Source: Verrucomicrobiota bacterium (lineage in GTDB: Bacteria; Verrucomicrobiota; Verrucomicrobiia; Chthoniobacterales; UBA10450). From it: a DNA stretch of 51,616 nt. A program made the position numbers and the translations under genes. Each line of letters starts with the position of its first letter. Position 1 is the first letter of the stretch. The stretch covers positions 1-51,616 of the forward strand of contig JBEEHC010000125.1 in assembly GCA_041167205.1 (NCBI GenBank), given 5' to 3'. Positions 19,090 to 27,119 of this stretch are shown here, piece by piece. The notes under the pieces are model-generated. The model did not search any database. It saw only the letters and a program-made list of their open reading frames with translations, and was not told the origin of the DNA.

Positions 19090-20298
19090 TCATTTCGGCG
19101 TTGCGGCTGGCGTGGCTTCGGGCGGCTTTTCAGACGGCGCCGCGGCGGGCGGCTGCACCGGCGGCTCTTCTTGAATTGGCTTAACCGGCATCCCTGGCTG
19201 GATTAATTGCAGGCGCGTGGAGACCACCTTCTCGCCATCCTTCAGTCCACTCTTCACGATGCGTTTGCCGTCGAACATCGTTCCGGTCTCAATATTGCGG
19301 TGCTCGAGTGTGTTGTCCGCTTTGACCACAAAGACGTACTTCACTCCCTGCTGTGAGCTAATCACTTTATCTGGAATAAGTGCGGCCCGATATGGCGTCG
19401 CGCCGGCTACCCGCACGCGCACGAAGAAGCCCGGGGTGATAAGATTAGGGTTCCAGTTTTTTAGCACCGCGCGCGCGCGGACCGTGCCCGTCCCGGGATC
19501 GAGGCGGTTGTCAACGAAGTCAATGTAACCTTCATGTGGAAAATCGGTTTCGTTGCCGAGCTCGACGAAGGCCGGGATTTTTGCGGTGCGCGCGCTCACG
19601 CGTTTGCCCTCTTCGCTGAGCTTTATGTACTTGAGAATTGCATTTTCGTCAGCGTCGACCTTCGCGTAAATCGGATCGACTGAGACAACGGTGGTAAGCA
19701 CGCTTTCCGGGCCGGCGCCCGGCTGGACGAGGTTCCCGAGCGTGATGCGCGCGTCGCTCACGCGGCCGTCGATGGGCGATTTGATTTGGGTGAACTCCAG
19801 ATTCAGCGCGGCAGAGTTTTTCGCTGCTTCAGCCGCTGCCGCTGCGGCGGAGGACCCTTGGTAGGTAGCGGCCTTCTGGTCAAATTCGCTGGCGGAGATT
19901 GTATTCTTGGCCCGCAATTCCTTCGCGCGATCCAGTTCAATCTGCGAAAGCTTCAACTGCGCCTGCATGCGTTCCAGCTCGGCTGCGGCTCGATCAAAGT
20001 CCGCCTGGTAGGGACGCGGGTCGATCACATAAAGCAGGTCGCCCTTCTTTAGGATCGCCCCGGCCTCGAAATGGATCTCAGTAATATAGCCGGACACGCG
20101 TGGACGGATCTCGACCGATTCCACGGCCTCCAGGCGCCCCGTGAATTCGTCCCATTCCTTTACCTCTTTCTCGATCACAGTAACGACATTGACCGGGAGC
20201 GGGCCCTGCTGCGGCGCGGAGTTCTTTTTGCATCCAGCCGTCAAGAGGATCGACAACATTCCAACTCCAATAAACATGTTTTTCACGATAGCTTTCAT
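19090..20298 (-). CDS. RND efflux periplasmic adaptor (MFP) lipoprotein
   Basis: Lipobox LLTAGC, coiled-coil hairpin, and barrel-sandwich motifs (GDLLYVIDPRPYQ). Confidence 0.9.
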   Translation of the reverse strand: MKAIVKNMFIGVGMLSILLTAGCKKNSAPQQGPLPVNVVTVIEKEVKEWDEFTGRLEAVESVEIRPRVSGYITEIHFEAGAILKKGDLLYVIDPRPYQADFDRAAAELERMQAQLKLSQIELDRAKELRAKNTISASEFDQKAATYQGSSAAAAAAEAAKNSAALNLEFTQIKSPIDGRVSDARITLGNLVQPGAGPESVLTTVVSVDPIYAKVDADENAILKYIKLSEEGKRVSARTAKIPAFVELGNETDFPHEGYIDFVDNRLDPGTGTVRARAVLKNWNPNLITPGFFVRVRVAGATPYRAALIPDKVISSQQGVKYVFVVKADNTLEHRNIETGTMFDGKRIVKSGLKDGEKVVSTRLQLIQPGMPVKPIQEEPPVQPPAAAPSEKPPEATPAATPK

Positions 20299-21071
20299 TG
20301 TCGCGTTGTTGGTTTGGTTGTTGCAGCTTCTTCGATCTGGGCTGCAACCTCCTTCGGCCTGGAGATGTAGACCGCGTGGCTGGCGCCTGGGACTTCGACC
20401 TTGTGGCTCTTGGCTCGTTCGGCATACCAGCGTTCCAGGTCAGGGTTGATGGCTCTGTCTTTTGCCGCTACCAGCATCCAACTCCGTTTGCTTCTCCAGG
20501 CAGCTGTGGTGATGACTGCTTTGAAATTGTCAGCCGCGTTGAGCACCTGCGCTCGCGCCATAAAAGCGGCCTGCTCTTCAGGCAGGTCGGCCGCGAAGTA
20601 TTCACGAAACTGCGCGGGATCGAGGTAAGTGAAACCATCCGCCGTCTTCTTTATCGCAGTCGACTTGCTAAGGTCGCTCGGGAAGCGTTTTCCGTCGTCA
20701 GCCTCATTCTCTCCAGCATCTGGCATGTGGGCGGCGATGTAGACCAAACCTGCGACAGATGGATCCGTCCCTGCTTCGGTAATTACTGCGCCTCCGTAGC
20801 TGTGGGCGACAAGAATGCACGGTCCATCTTGTTGAGCGAGGACCCGCTTTGTGGCAGCCACATCTTCCTTAAAGGATGTCTCCGGCTCCTGAACGATGCT
20901 GACCTTGTAGCCATCCTTGATCAGAATGTCGTAAACACCCTTCCAGCCCGAACCATCTGCCCAGGCACCGTGAACCAGCACGATATTCCGAACCCGGGGC
21001 GCATCGTTTTGCGCCCGGAGCAGGGCACAACAAGTGATCAGCCATAATGCGATGAAGAAGGACTGAAACAT
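20295..21071 (-). CDS. secreted alpha/beta hydrolase
   Basis: Signal peptide MFQSFFIALWLITCCALLRAQ, then VLVHGAWADGSGW and AHSYGG nucleophile motif. It overlaps the MFP start by 4 nt. Confidence 0.8.
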   Translation of the reverse strand: MFQSFFIALWLITCCALLRAQNDAPRVRNIVLVHGAWADGSGWKGVYDILIKDGYKVSIVQEPETSFKEDVAATKRVLAQQDGPCILVAHSYGGAVITEAGTDPSVAGLVYIAAHMPDAGENEADDGKRFPSDLSKSTAIKKTADGFTYLDPAQFREYFAADLPEEQAAFMARAQVLNAADNFKAVITTAAWRSKRSWMLVAAKDRAINPDLERWYAERAKSHKVEVPGASHAVYISRPKEVAAQIEEAATTKPTTRQ

Positions 21072-21172
21072 TCCTCGTCCTGCTCGAACGATCTTGATTT
21101 TGTTAATCGTTGCCCTTTTAGGAACATGAGGAACGACTCCGCCATCAGGTTTGACTGCCATCGGCTGCGTAA

Positions 21173-21562
21173 CTACGGCTCTTGCTCAATCAGTTGCTTG
21201 AAATTCAAAAGGTATTCCTCCGCGCTTTGACCAGAGATTGAAGGATCGAAAACTGAACGTAACTTTAGTGTGATTTCTGTGGCATCATCGGACAGCGGTT
21301 CGAACAAAACCACCCCCAGCCCCACGCTATCCCCAATTGTTCGCCAGGCTATCTTCCGCTCAGGAATCTGCCGTATGACCTCGATCACTCCGCTCTGTTC
21401 TTTGCCACCCCGACCATTGCTGAACGAGAAATGTGTGTCGTCGATTCGCTCGATGTTATCGAGTGATTTGATGAACTTCGGAAGTTCTTCGAAGCACAAC
21501 CACCGTTCATAGACTTCGGCGACCGGCGCATTCACGACGATCGATTTCTCGGCGGCGTTCAT
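21173..21562 (-). CDS. SRPBCC-family (polyketide cyclase/dehydrase-like) protein
   Basis: SIVVNAPVAEVYERWLCFEELPKF... is the typical SRPBCC start. ATG at 21562. Confidence 0.7.
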   Translation of the reverse strand: MNAAEKSIVVNAPVAEVYERWLCFEELPKFIKSLDNIERIDDTHFSFSNGRGGKEQSGVIEVIRQIPERKIAWRTIGDSVGLGVVLFEPLSDDATEITLKLRSVFDPSISGQSAEEYLLNFKQLIEQEP

Positions 21563-21780
21563 GGGTTTGCCTATTGATGACTCATTCAGGCCGAGAACCG
21601 CGCATAACTCTCCCTGGCAAAGGTCCGACTCCATCCGTCCGTGTAGTTGAAGACCGTCATGCTCAAGGAAAGCAACGGATCATGACGTCGCGCGGTGCGG
21701 CGAAAGATTCTTCGCCAAAATTCTGCGAAGCTATTCCTGCGTTGTTGTTGGATTTTCATACTCTTGGGTGCCGGGTTGGA

Positions 21781-22188
21781 TCAATGAACCAGAACGGGCC
21801 GGCTGGATTGGCGGGAGGTCGCAAAAGCGCCGCGCGCTGCGAAAACCCTGGCCAAAGATCCTCTAAACGAAGTGGAAAGCGTTTCAGCCATTCGTCGTGA
21901 CCGCCAATACCAACCGGGCGGGGTGTCTGACAACAATTCTGCCCGTTGCACTTCCGGAGATAAGCCGAGTGCTTCGCACACGTTCAGGAAGGAGTAGGGC
22001 CAGATGAAATCGTTCGATGCGACCCAGCTGTAGGCGTCTCTGTACATCTCGCGTCCGACGCGATCCAGCGCTCCGCGAAATCTCCGCAAGTCCTGTTTCG
22101 CTTGAACCATTACGCCCTTGGCTAAAGCAACGTGAGGTCCGGAACTCGCTAACGCTTCCGCCGTTTCATCGCTCTGGATCGTTTTCAT
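21781..22188 (-). CDS. hypothetical protein
   Basis: 135-aa ORF directly downstream of element S3. No motif recognised. Confidence 0.45.
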   Translation of the reverse strand: MKTIQSDETAEALASSGPHVALAKGVMVQAKQDLRRFRGALDRVGREMYRDAYSWVASNDFIWPYSFLNVCEALGLSPEVQRAELLSDTPPGWYWRSRRMAETLSTSFRGSLARVFAARGAFATSRQSSRPVLVH

Positions 22189-22219
22189 CACGCGAAAGGT
22201 TAATCCTCCGCGTCAATCT

Positions 22220-22286
22220 CCAGCCATTGGGCATAGGAGGGAATTATTTACACTGCCTGCGAAGGAGATCCGTCTCCTCCCTTTGG
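22220..22286 (-). promoter_or_regulatory. conserved intergenic element copy S3 (overlaps the last codons of the histidine kinase)
   Basis: ccagccattgggcataggagggaattatttacactgcctgcgaaGGAGAtccgTCTCCtccctttgg. The core is shared with S1/S2/S4 and the hairpin has compensatory changes. Confidence 0.65.
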
Positions 22287-25200
22287 AGGAGGCTCGTCCC
22301 TGGGCCAGGAGGGCGCTCCCTGCGCGTAGGGGGAAATCACGACAATCTTTGTCCCTTTGCCGCGCGCACTCGTCACGCTCAGGGCTCCGCCCATTTGGGC
22401 GACACGTTCTTGCATTCCGGTAAGACCGAAGCCGTCATGATGCCCGTTCATCTTGAAACCAACCCCGTTGTCTTGAAGCTCCAAACGGACTTCCGTGGCA
22501 TTGAAGCTGAGCCGGGCTTCGAAGCGGGTCGCATGGGCATATTTGAGCGTGTTCGTTAACGCTTCCTGCCCGATATGCAGCAGGTTTTCCTGCACCAGCG
22601 GCGAAAGTTCGCGTGTCTTGCCGCGACGTTGGAACTCGGCGTGAAGGCCTGTGCCCGCGGTGGCATCCTTGATGAGGCTTTGGAGAGCTTGCCAAAAGGC
22701 GGCATCTTCCAACGCTTGTGGCCGCAACGCGCGCACCGACCGGCGCGCTTCATTCAAACCTGCCCGCGCCAGATCGCGTGCGCTTTGGAGATGATTGATC
22801 GCGTCCTTCTTGTAGCCTTTGGTGGTTGCGTCGTCGGCCGCCTGCAATTGAACGATCACGCCCGTGAGCCCCTGCGCCAAAGTGTCGTGGATGTCTCGCG
22901 CCATTCGATTGCGTTCTTCCAAGACCGCTGCGCGCCGACTTTGGTCGGCAAACTCATTGAGTTGAATGGCGAACATCGCCTGGTGGGCAAGCGCTTGCGC
23001 CAATTCGATCTCCTCGGGCCGGTAAGACGGTCGAGCTGTGTGGCGAATGCCGATGAATCCCTTCACCTGCCCACCCACTAAAGTTGGAATCACCAGAAAC
23101 TTTCTGGTTCCCCTCGAGCGGAAATAGTCGCGAAGCGCGATCGACACACGCGGATCGTTTTCAATGTCTTCGCACGCAAGCGGAACCCCCGTGAAAAACA
23201 TCTCCGGCAGCCCGGGATTATCTCTCCACGAGAGCGGATCTTTCACGAACGGATGTTCCGGCTCGACGGCGGCAAGATTTGCGCCATGCACGCCCCCACG
23301 CCAAACGAGTGCATCTGTCGGTTCGTCTAGTAACCACAAAACGACACCCGGCGCGTTCAAGAGGCGGCCAATTGTGCTCAGCATTTGCCCAATGAATTGC
23401 TCAGGCGGAGGCGCGGTCGCGAGAATGTCGAGGCTTTGCACCAAGGCCTCGACTTGTCCTCGTGCCACCTGCTCGGAAGCCTGCAACGCGCCTTCCGCTC
23501 GTTTCCGCTCAAGGGCAATACTGGCCAGATGGGTGATCTGTTCAATAATTTCAAGCTGTTCCGAAGTGGGAGTGCGCGGCTCGCGATAATAAATCGCGAA
23601 CGTCCCCAGCACCCTGGCCTCTGAGGAGAGAATTGGGGTCGACCAGCAGGCTCGCAACCCATGCGGTAAGGCGAGATCGCGATAGTCGGCCCAAAGCGGA
23701 TCGGTCGCGATGTCAGAAACGATTACCGGCTGCGCCCGGTAAGCAGCCGTCCCGCATGAACCCGCCGAAGGGCCAATGACCGCGCCGTCGATCGCGTCGA
23801 TGTAGGCTTGGGGAAGGCTGGGTGCGGCACCGTGGCGCAGCTGAGTGCCATTCGGCTCCAGCAACAAGATGGAAGAGAGAGCCCCGCTGGACAGCTCCTC
23901 GACCAGCCGGCATAGAGCATCCAGAATAATGGGAAGCGAATCGCCCCGAGCCACCATCTCAAGCAGCCGCTTTTCTCCAGCCAGTAACGCCTCCGCGTGT
24001 TTGCGGGCGGTAATATCCACCGTGGTCCCGATATAGTTATCTATGTCGCCGGATGGCGTTATGACCGGACGGCCCACACCCTGGACATTCCTAATCGATC
24101 CATCCGCCAGCGCGATTCGGAATTCCATGTCAAAACCGCTCCTTTCGCGCACGGCCTCCTCGAGACCTCGCTCAATAGATGATCGATCTTCCGGATGAAC
24201 CGTTTCCAAAAATAATTCGAAAGATGGCTCGGCCTTTTCCGGATCGAAGCCGAAGATCCGGAAATGTTCGTCCGACCAGACGACCTTTCCGGTGGAGAGG
24301 TTCCAACCCCAGGTGCCGGTGTGACTGATTCTCTGGCCATCAGCGAGAAAACCCTCGCTTCGCCGCAGAGCCTCCTCGGCCCGATCCCGCTCAATCGCCA
24401 CTCGCGTGAGGTGCGTCGCTAGCTCGATCAACTCGAGGTCGTGCGAGTTCGGGCTTCGGGGTTCGCGATAATATAGGCAGAAGGTTCCCAAAACTCTTCC
24501 TTCCGACGAAAGCACTGGATTCGACCAGGAAGCTCGCAGCCCATGTCTTAAGGCCGAAGCACGATGCTCCGGCACGTCCCAAAGTGGATCGGTCGCAAGG
24601 TCGGAGACGATGACCGCCGATCCCCGGTATGCCGCCGTCCCACACGAGCCGGCGCAAGGACCGATGGGCAGACTGGCCATTTGCTGTGTCCATTCTTTTG
24701 GAACACTCGGTCCCGCCACGGAATCCAGATGAAGGCCATCGGCGCGAAGCAACAAAACAGAAGCAAGCGTGCCGGTTCGCTGCTCTTCGATCACTCGGCA
24801 CAAGACATCGAGGATGCTGGCCAGCGGCGCGCCTGTCGCGATCATCTCGAGCAGGCGTTTTTCACCGGTGAGCAGTGCCTCTGCGCGTTTGCGTTCGGTA
24901 ACGTTTTTAACCGCGCCAACGTACTCAGCGACCATTCCTGATTTGTCTTTCACGGCATGACACAGGATCTCGAGATGCTTGATCGATCCGTTGGGCATCA
25001 CGATTCGATGTCCGTATTCGAAATCTTTCATCTCCCGGGCTGCCCGCTCGACGGTTTGATCACACGAAGCGAGATCGTCCGGATGAATCCCTTCGCGCGC
25101 CCGCTCGAGAGTGGGCTTGGTCGATGGATCCCATTCATAGATTCGAAACACTTCCTCCGACCAAAAAATCTCGCCGGTGACAACATTCCAACTGAAGCTG

Positions 25201-25556
25201 CCAGTAAGACTGAGGCGTTCGGACTCTGCCATATAGGCCCGCGTTTGCCGTAGTGCTGCCTCTGCCCGCTTGCGCTCAGAGTTTTCCTGGAGGAGCTCCG
25301 CGTTATGCCGGGTGATGAGGCGGATTTGATACAGCGCAAACAACAGCATCACAAACCCGGCCAGTGCGGCCACGGGAAACCACACGGTTTGATAATACGG
25401 CGTCTGGGAAACGGCTCCGACCAGCCCGGGAATGCCGTCCTGAGCGGACCAGGGCGGGCGAGTGATTTGATTGATTGATTTCTGCGGATTGAGCGCGTTG
25501 GCAAAATCACTCAACGCGAACGCCATTACCAGGACACTGGCACACAGAACTTTCAT
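22248..25556 (-). CDS. sensor histidine kinase: 2 TM, PAS-GAF-PAS-GAF-GAF, HisKA_3, HATPase_c (NarX/DegS type)
   Basis: The H-box ARDIHDTLAQGLTG is typical of HisKA_3. The C-terminus carries an ATPase G-box (GFGLTGMQERV). Two internally duplicated PAS-GAF modules are present (L[TA]GEKRLLEM...GSCGTAAYR...). Confidence 0.9.
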   Translation of the reverse strand: MKVLCASVLVMAFALSDFANALNPQKSINQITRPPWSAQDGIPGLVGAVSQTPYYQTVWFPVAALAGFVMLLFALYQIRLITRHNAELLQENSERKRAEAALRQTRAYMAESERLSLTGSFSWNVVTGEIFWSEEVFRIYEWDPSTKPTLERAREGIHPDDLASCDQTVERAAREMKDFEYGHRIVMPNGSIKHLEILCHAVKDKSGMVAEYVGAVKNVTERKRAEALLTGEKRLLEMIATGAPLASILDVLCRVIEEQRTGTLASVLLLRADGLHLDSVAGPSVPKEWTQQMASLPIGPCAGSCGTAAYRGSAVIVSDLATDPLWDVPEHRASALRHGLRASWSNPVLSSEGRVLGTFCLYYREPRSPNSHDLELIELATHLTRVAIERDRAEEALRRSEGFLADGQRISHTGTWGWNLSTGKVVWSDEHFRIFGFDPEKAEPSFELFLETVHPEDRSSIERGLEEAVRERSGFDMEFRIALADGSIRNVQGVGRPVITPSGDIDNYIGTTVDITARKHAEALLAGEKRLLEMVARGDSLPIILDALCRLVEELSSGALSSILLLEPNGTQLRHGAAPSLPQAYIDAIDGAVIGPSAGSCGTAAYRAQPVIVSDIATDPLWADYRDLALPHGLRACWSTPILSSEARVLGTFAIYYREPRTPTSEQLEIIEQITHLASIALERKRAEGALQASEQVARGQVEALVQSLDILATAPPPEQFIGQMLSTIGRLLNAPGVVLWLLDEPTDALVWRGGVHGANLAAVEPEHPFVKDPLSWRDNPGLPEMFFTGVPLACEDIENDPRVSIALRDYFRSRGTRKFLVIPTLVGGQVKGFIGIRHTARPSYRPEEIELAQALAHQAMFAIQLNEFADQSRRAAVLEERNRMARDIHDTLAQGLTGVIVQLQAADDATTKGYKKDAINHLQSARDLARAGLNEARRSVRALRPQALEDAAFWQALQSLIKDATAGTGLHAEFQRRGKTRELSPLVQENLLHIGQEALTNTLKYAHATRFEARLSFNATEVRLELQDNGVGFKMNGHHDGFGLTGMQERVAQMGGALSVTSARGKGTKIVVISPYAQGAPSWPRDEPPPKGGDGSPSQAV

Positions 25557-25596
25557 TCAGCTGCGGGCGCCGAAATCGGCTTTACTGAGCAAGCTC

Positions 25597-25639
25597 ACTT
25601 TTTAACACTGCCGAGAACGAGTTTCGCAGATTAATCTGC
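25597..25639 (-). promoter_or_regulatory. partial element copy S5 upstream of the kinase, containing the palindrome GCAGATTAATCTGC
   Basis: aacactgccgagaacgag matches the cccactgcctcagaacgag core. The hairpin position is occupied by a longer stem containing a 14-bp perfect palindrome (25626..25639). Confidence 0.5.
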
Positions 25640-25750
25640 TCTTGTCAGCAGCGATCGGCCGCACCGGACGGAGCTCGGAAACGACAGCCGTTCCGGAGAT
25701 AAACGAATCATAAGAATTATCCGACCGCCGGCGTTAAATACTCTTGGTTT

Positions 25751-25978
25751 TCAGCAAAAGCGGACCGCGCTAGCACGTTTTCCGGGCCGCCAGCCACCAC
25801 TTGCAGTCCAAGTTGCGCCATATGCTCTTCGGCCAATGTCGCCGAGGTCGGGATAAGCCTGTTGATAATTCTGTTGCAACCGGTTTTTGAGACGCGAAAT
25901 CGCGGCGGTCAATGCCTCGAGGAAAATAGGAATCGGCTGCGGCACCCTGTCCGTCACGATGGAATTACTGCTCCTCAT
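25751..25978 (-). CDS. small hypothetical ORF downstream of element S4 (doubtful; possibly frameshifted)
   Basis: 75-aa track ORF. After PDLGDI a +1 frame reads more protein-like (AEEHMAQLGLQVVAGGPENVLARSAFAENQEYLTPAVG*). No homology recognised. Confidence 0.25.
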   Translation of the reverse strand: MRSSNSIVTDRVPQPIPIFLEALTAAISRLKNRLQQNYQQAYPDLGDIGRRAYGATWTASGGWRPGKRASAVRFC

Positions 25979-26024
25979 TTGGTTTAGTAATCACCGGGGA
26001 AAGTTAGTGACGCGATTGCCGTGT

Positions 26025-26091
26025 CCGCCATTGAGCATCGGACGTAATTATTTCCACTGCCTCAGGACGAGCGCTGGCTCGTCTCTTTAAA
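26025..26091 (-). promoter_or_regulatory. conserved intergenic element copy S4 (between the response regulator stop and the small ORF/kinase)
   Basis: ccgccattgagcatcggacgtaattatttccactgcctcagGACGAGCgctgGCTCGTCtctttaaa. Confidence 0.65.
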
Positions 26092-26118
26092 GGAGCCCGG
26101 AAAACTCGCCTAACGACA

Positions 26119-26871
26119 CTAAAGCTGAATCAGGCCGCGCTGGTTGGCGGCAGCAATGGCTTCGGTTCGGCTCATCACATTCAATTTCGAAAAAATGCTT
26201 CTGACGTGGGTCTTTACGGTGGTTTCGCTGATGAAGAGATCTGTGCCTATCTCCTTGTTGCTTCTGCCGCGAGCAAGCAGCTTCAGCACATCGATTTCAC
26301 GCCCCGTCAACGCTTCCCCGCTCATGCGTGACGCGAGCTTGGCCCCGAGAGCGGGGGGAATGCAGGTTTCCCCGGCGTGCACTTTTCGAATCGCGTCTAA
26401 TAGTTCGTCCAACGGCGCGTCCTTCAGCAGGTAGGCCCTCGCTCCTGCCCGGACCGCTTGATAGATTTCCTCATCGGTATCGTAGGTGGTGTGCACGATC
26501 ACCCGTGCGGAAACATCCAAGTCGCGAACTTCTCGGATCACGCCGACTCCGTTCAATTGCGGCATACGCAAATCGAGCAGGGAAACATCGGGGAGATGCT
26601 TCTTCCATAACTCAACCGCTTCGCGGCCATCGCTGGCCTTGGCCACAACGGTCATGTCATCCTGTCGGCCAATCGTCGCCGCCAAACCCTCGAGGATCAG
26701 CGCATGGTCGTCGGCAATGAGGAGGCGGATCTTTTTGGTGCGAGATGTCTTGTCGATTCCGCGACGAGTCTGAATTCGAAGTCGTGACGAAGAAGCAGAA
26801 CTTTTTTTGGCTTTCGGCTTCCTCTTCATCTCATCGGCGATTGCTCGCTTTACCTGCCACTGTGATATCAT
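26119..26871 (-). CDS. NarL/LuxR-family response regulator (REC + HTH_LuxR)
   Basis: IRLLIADDHALILEGL...DLRMP receiver domain and a C-terminal LTGREIDVLKLLARGRSNKEIGTDLFISETTVKTHV. There is a K/R/S-rich N-terminal extension. ATG 26829 is an alternative start that avoids the receiver remnant. Confidence 0.9.
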   Translation of the reverse strand: MISQWQVKRAIADEMKRKPKAKKSSASSSRLRIQTRRGIDKTSRTKKIRLLIADDHALILEGLAATIGRQDDMTVVAKASDGREAVELWKKHLPDVSLLDLRMPQLNGVGVIREVRDLDVSARVIVHTTYDTDEEIYQAVRAGARAYLLKDAPLDELLDAIRKVHAGETCIPPALGAKLASRMSGEALTGREIDVLKLLARGRSNKEIGTDLFISETTVKTHVRSIFSKLNVMSRTEAIAAANQRGLIQL

Positions 26872-26902
26872 CCTGGCGGCCGGTTGTCGCCGCTAAACCC
26901 TC
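26843..26902 (-). pseudogene. remnant of a receiver-domain coding segment (partial duplication of the adjacent response regulator)
   Basis: The minus-strand frame encodes EGLAATTGRQDDITVAGKAS versus EGLAATIGRQDDMTVVAKAS in the intact regulator (16/20 identical). The nucleotide similarity to 26640..26700 is visible directly. Confidence 0.6.
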
Positions 26903-27039
26903 CGGTCTTGCTTTTGTCATATTTGATTCATTTCGAGCAGACGCCGTCGTGTCGCGAAGCAAATGCCAATGAGGCGACGCAGCCGGAATTTGCGCGTTGT
27001 GCAGCGCACCCGGATGAGTAATTTGCGATCCTCGTAAAC

Positions 27040-27112
27040 GCACCGCTAGCTCAATTGGCAGAGCAAGTGACTCTTAATCACTGGGTTGTTGGTTCGATTC
27101 CAACGCGGTGCA
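27040..27112 (+). tRNA. tRNA-Lys (anticodon CTT)
   Basis: Hand-folded cloverleaf. Acceptor GCACCGC/GCGGTGC, D arm GCTC-AATTGGCA-GAGC, anticodon arm AGTGA-CTCTTAA-TCACT, T arm GTTGG-TTCGATT-CCAAC, discriminator A. CCA is not encoded. Confidence 0.9.
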
Positions 27113-27119
27113 GATTTCG

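Noticed and set aside
1-27112. Genomic island integrated at tRNA-Lys
   Set aside because: There is no integrase, no direct repeat of the tRNA 3' end, and no mobility genes anywhere in the window. The accessory character of 1-27 kb rests on gene content only.
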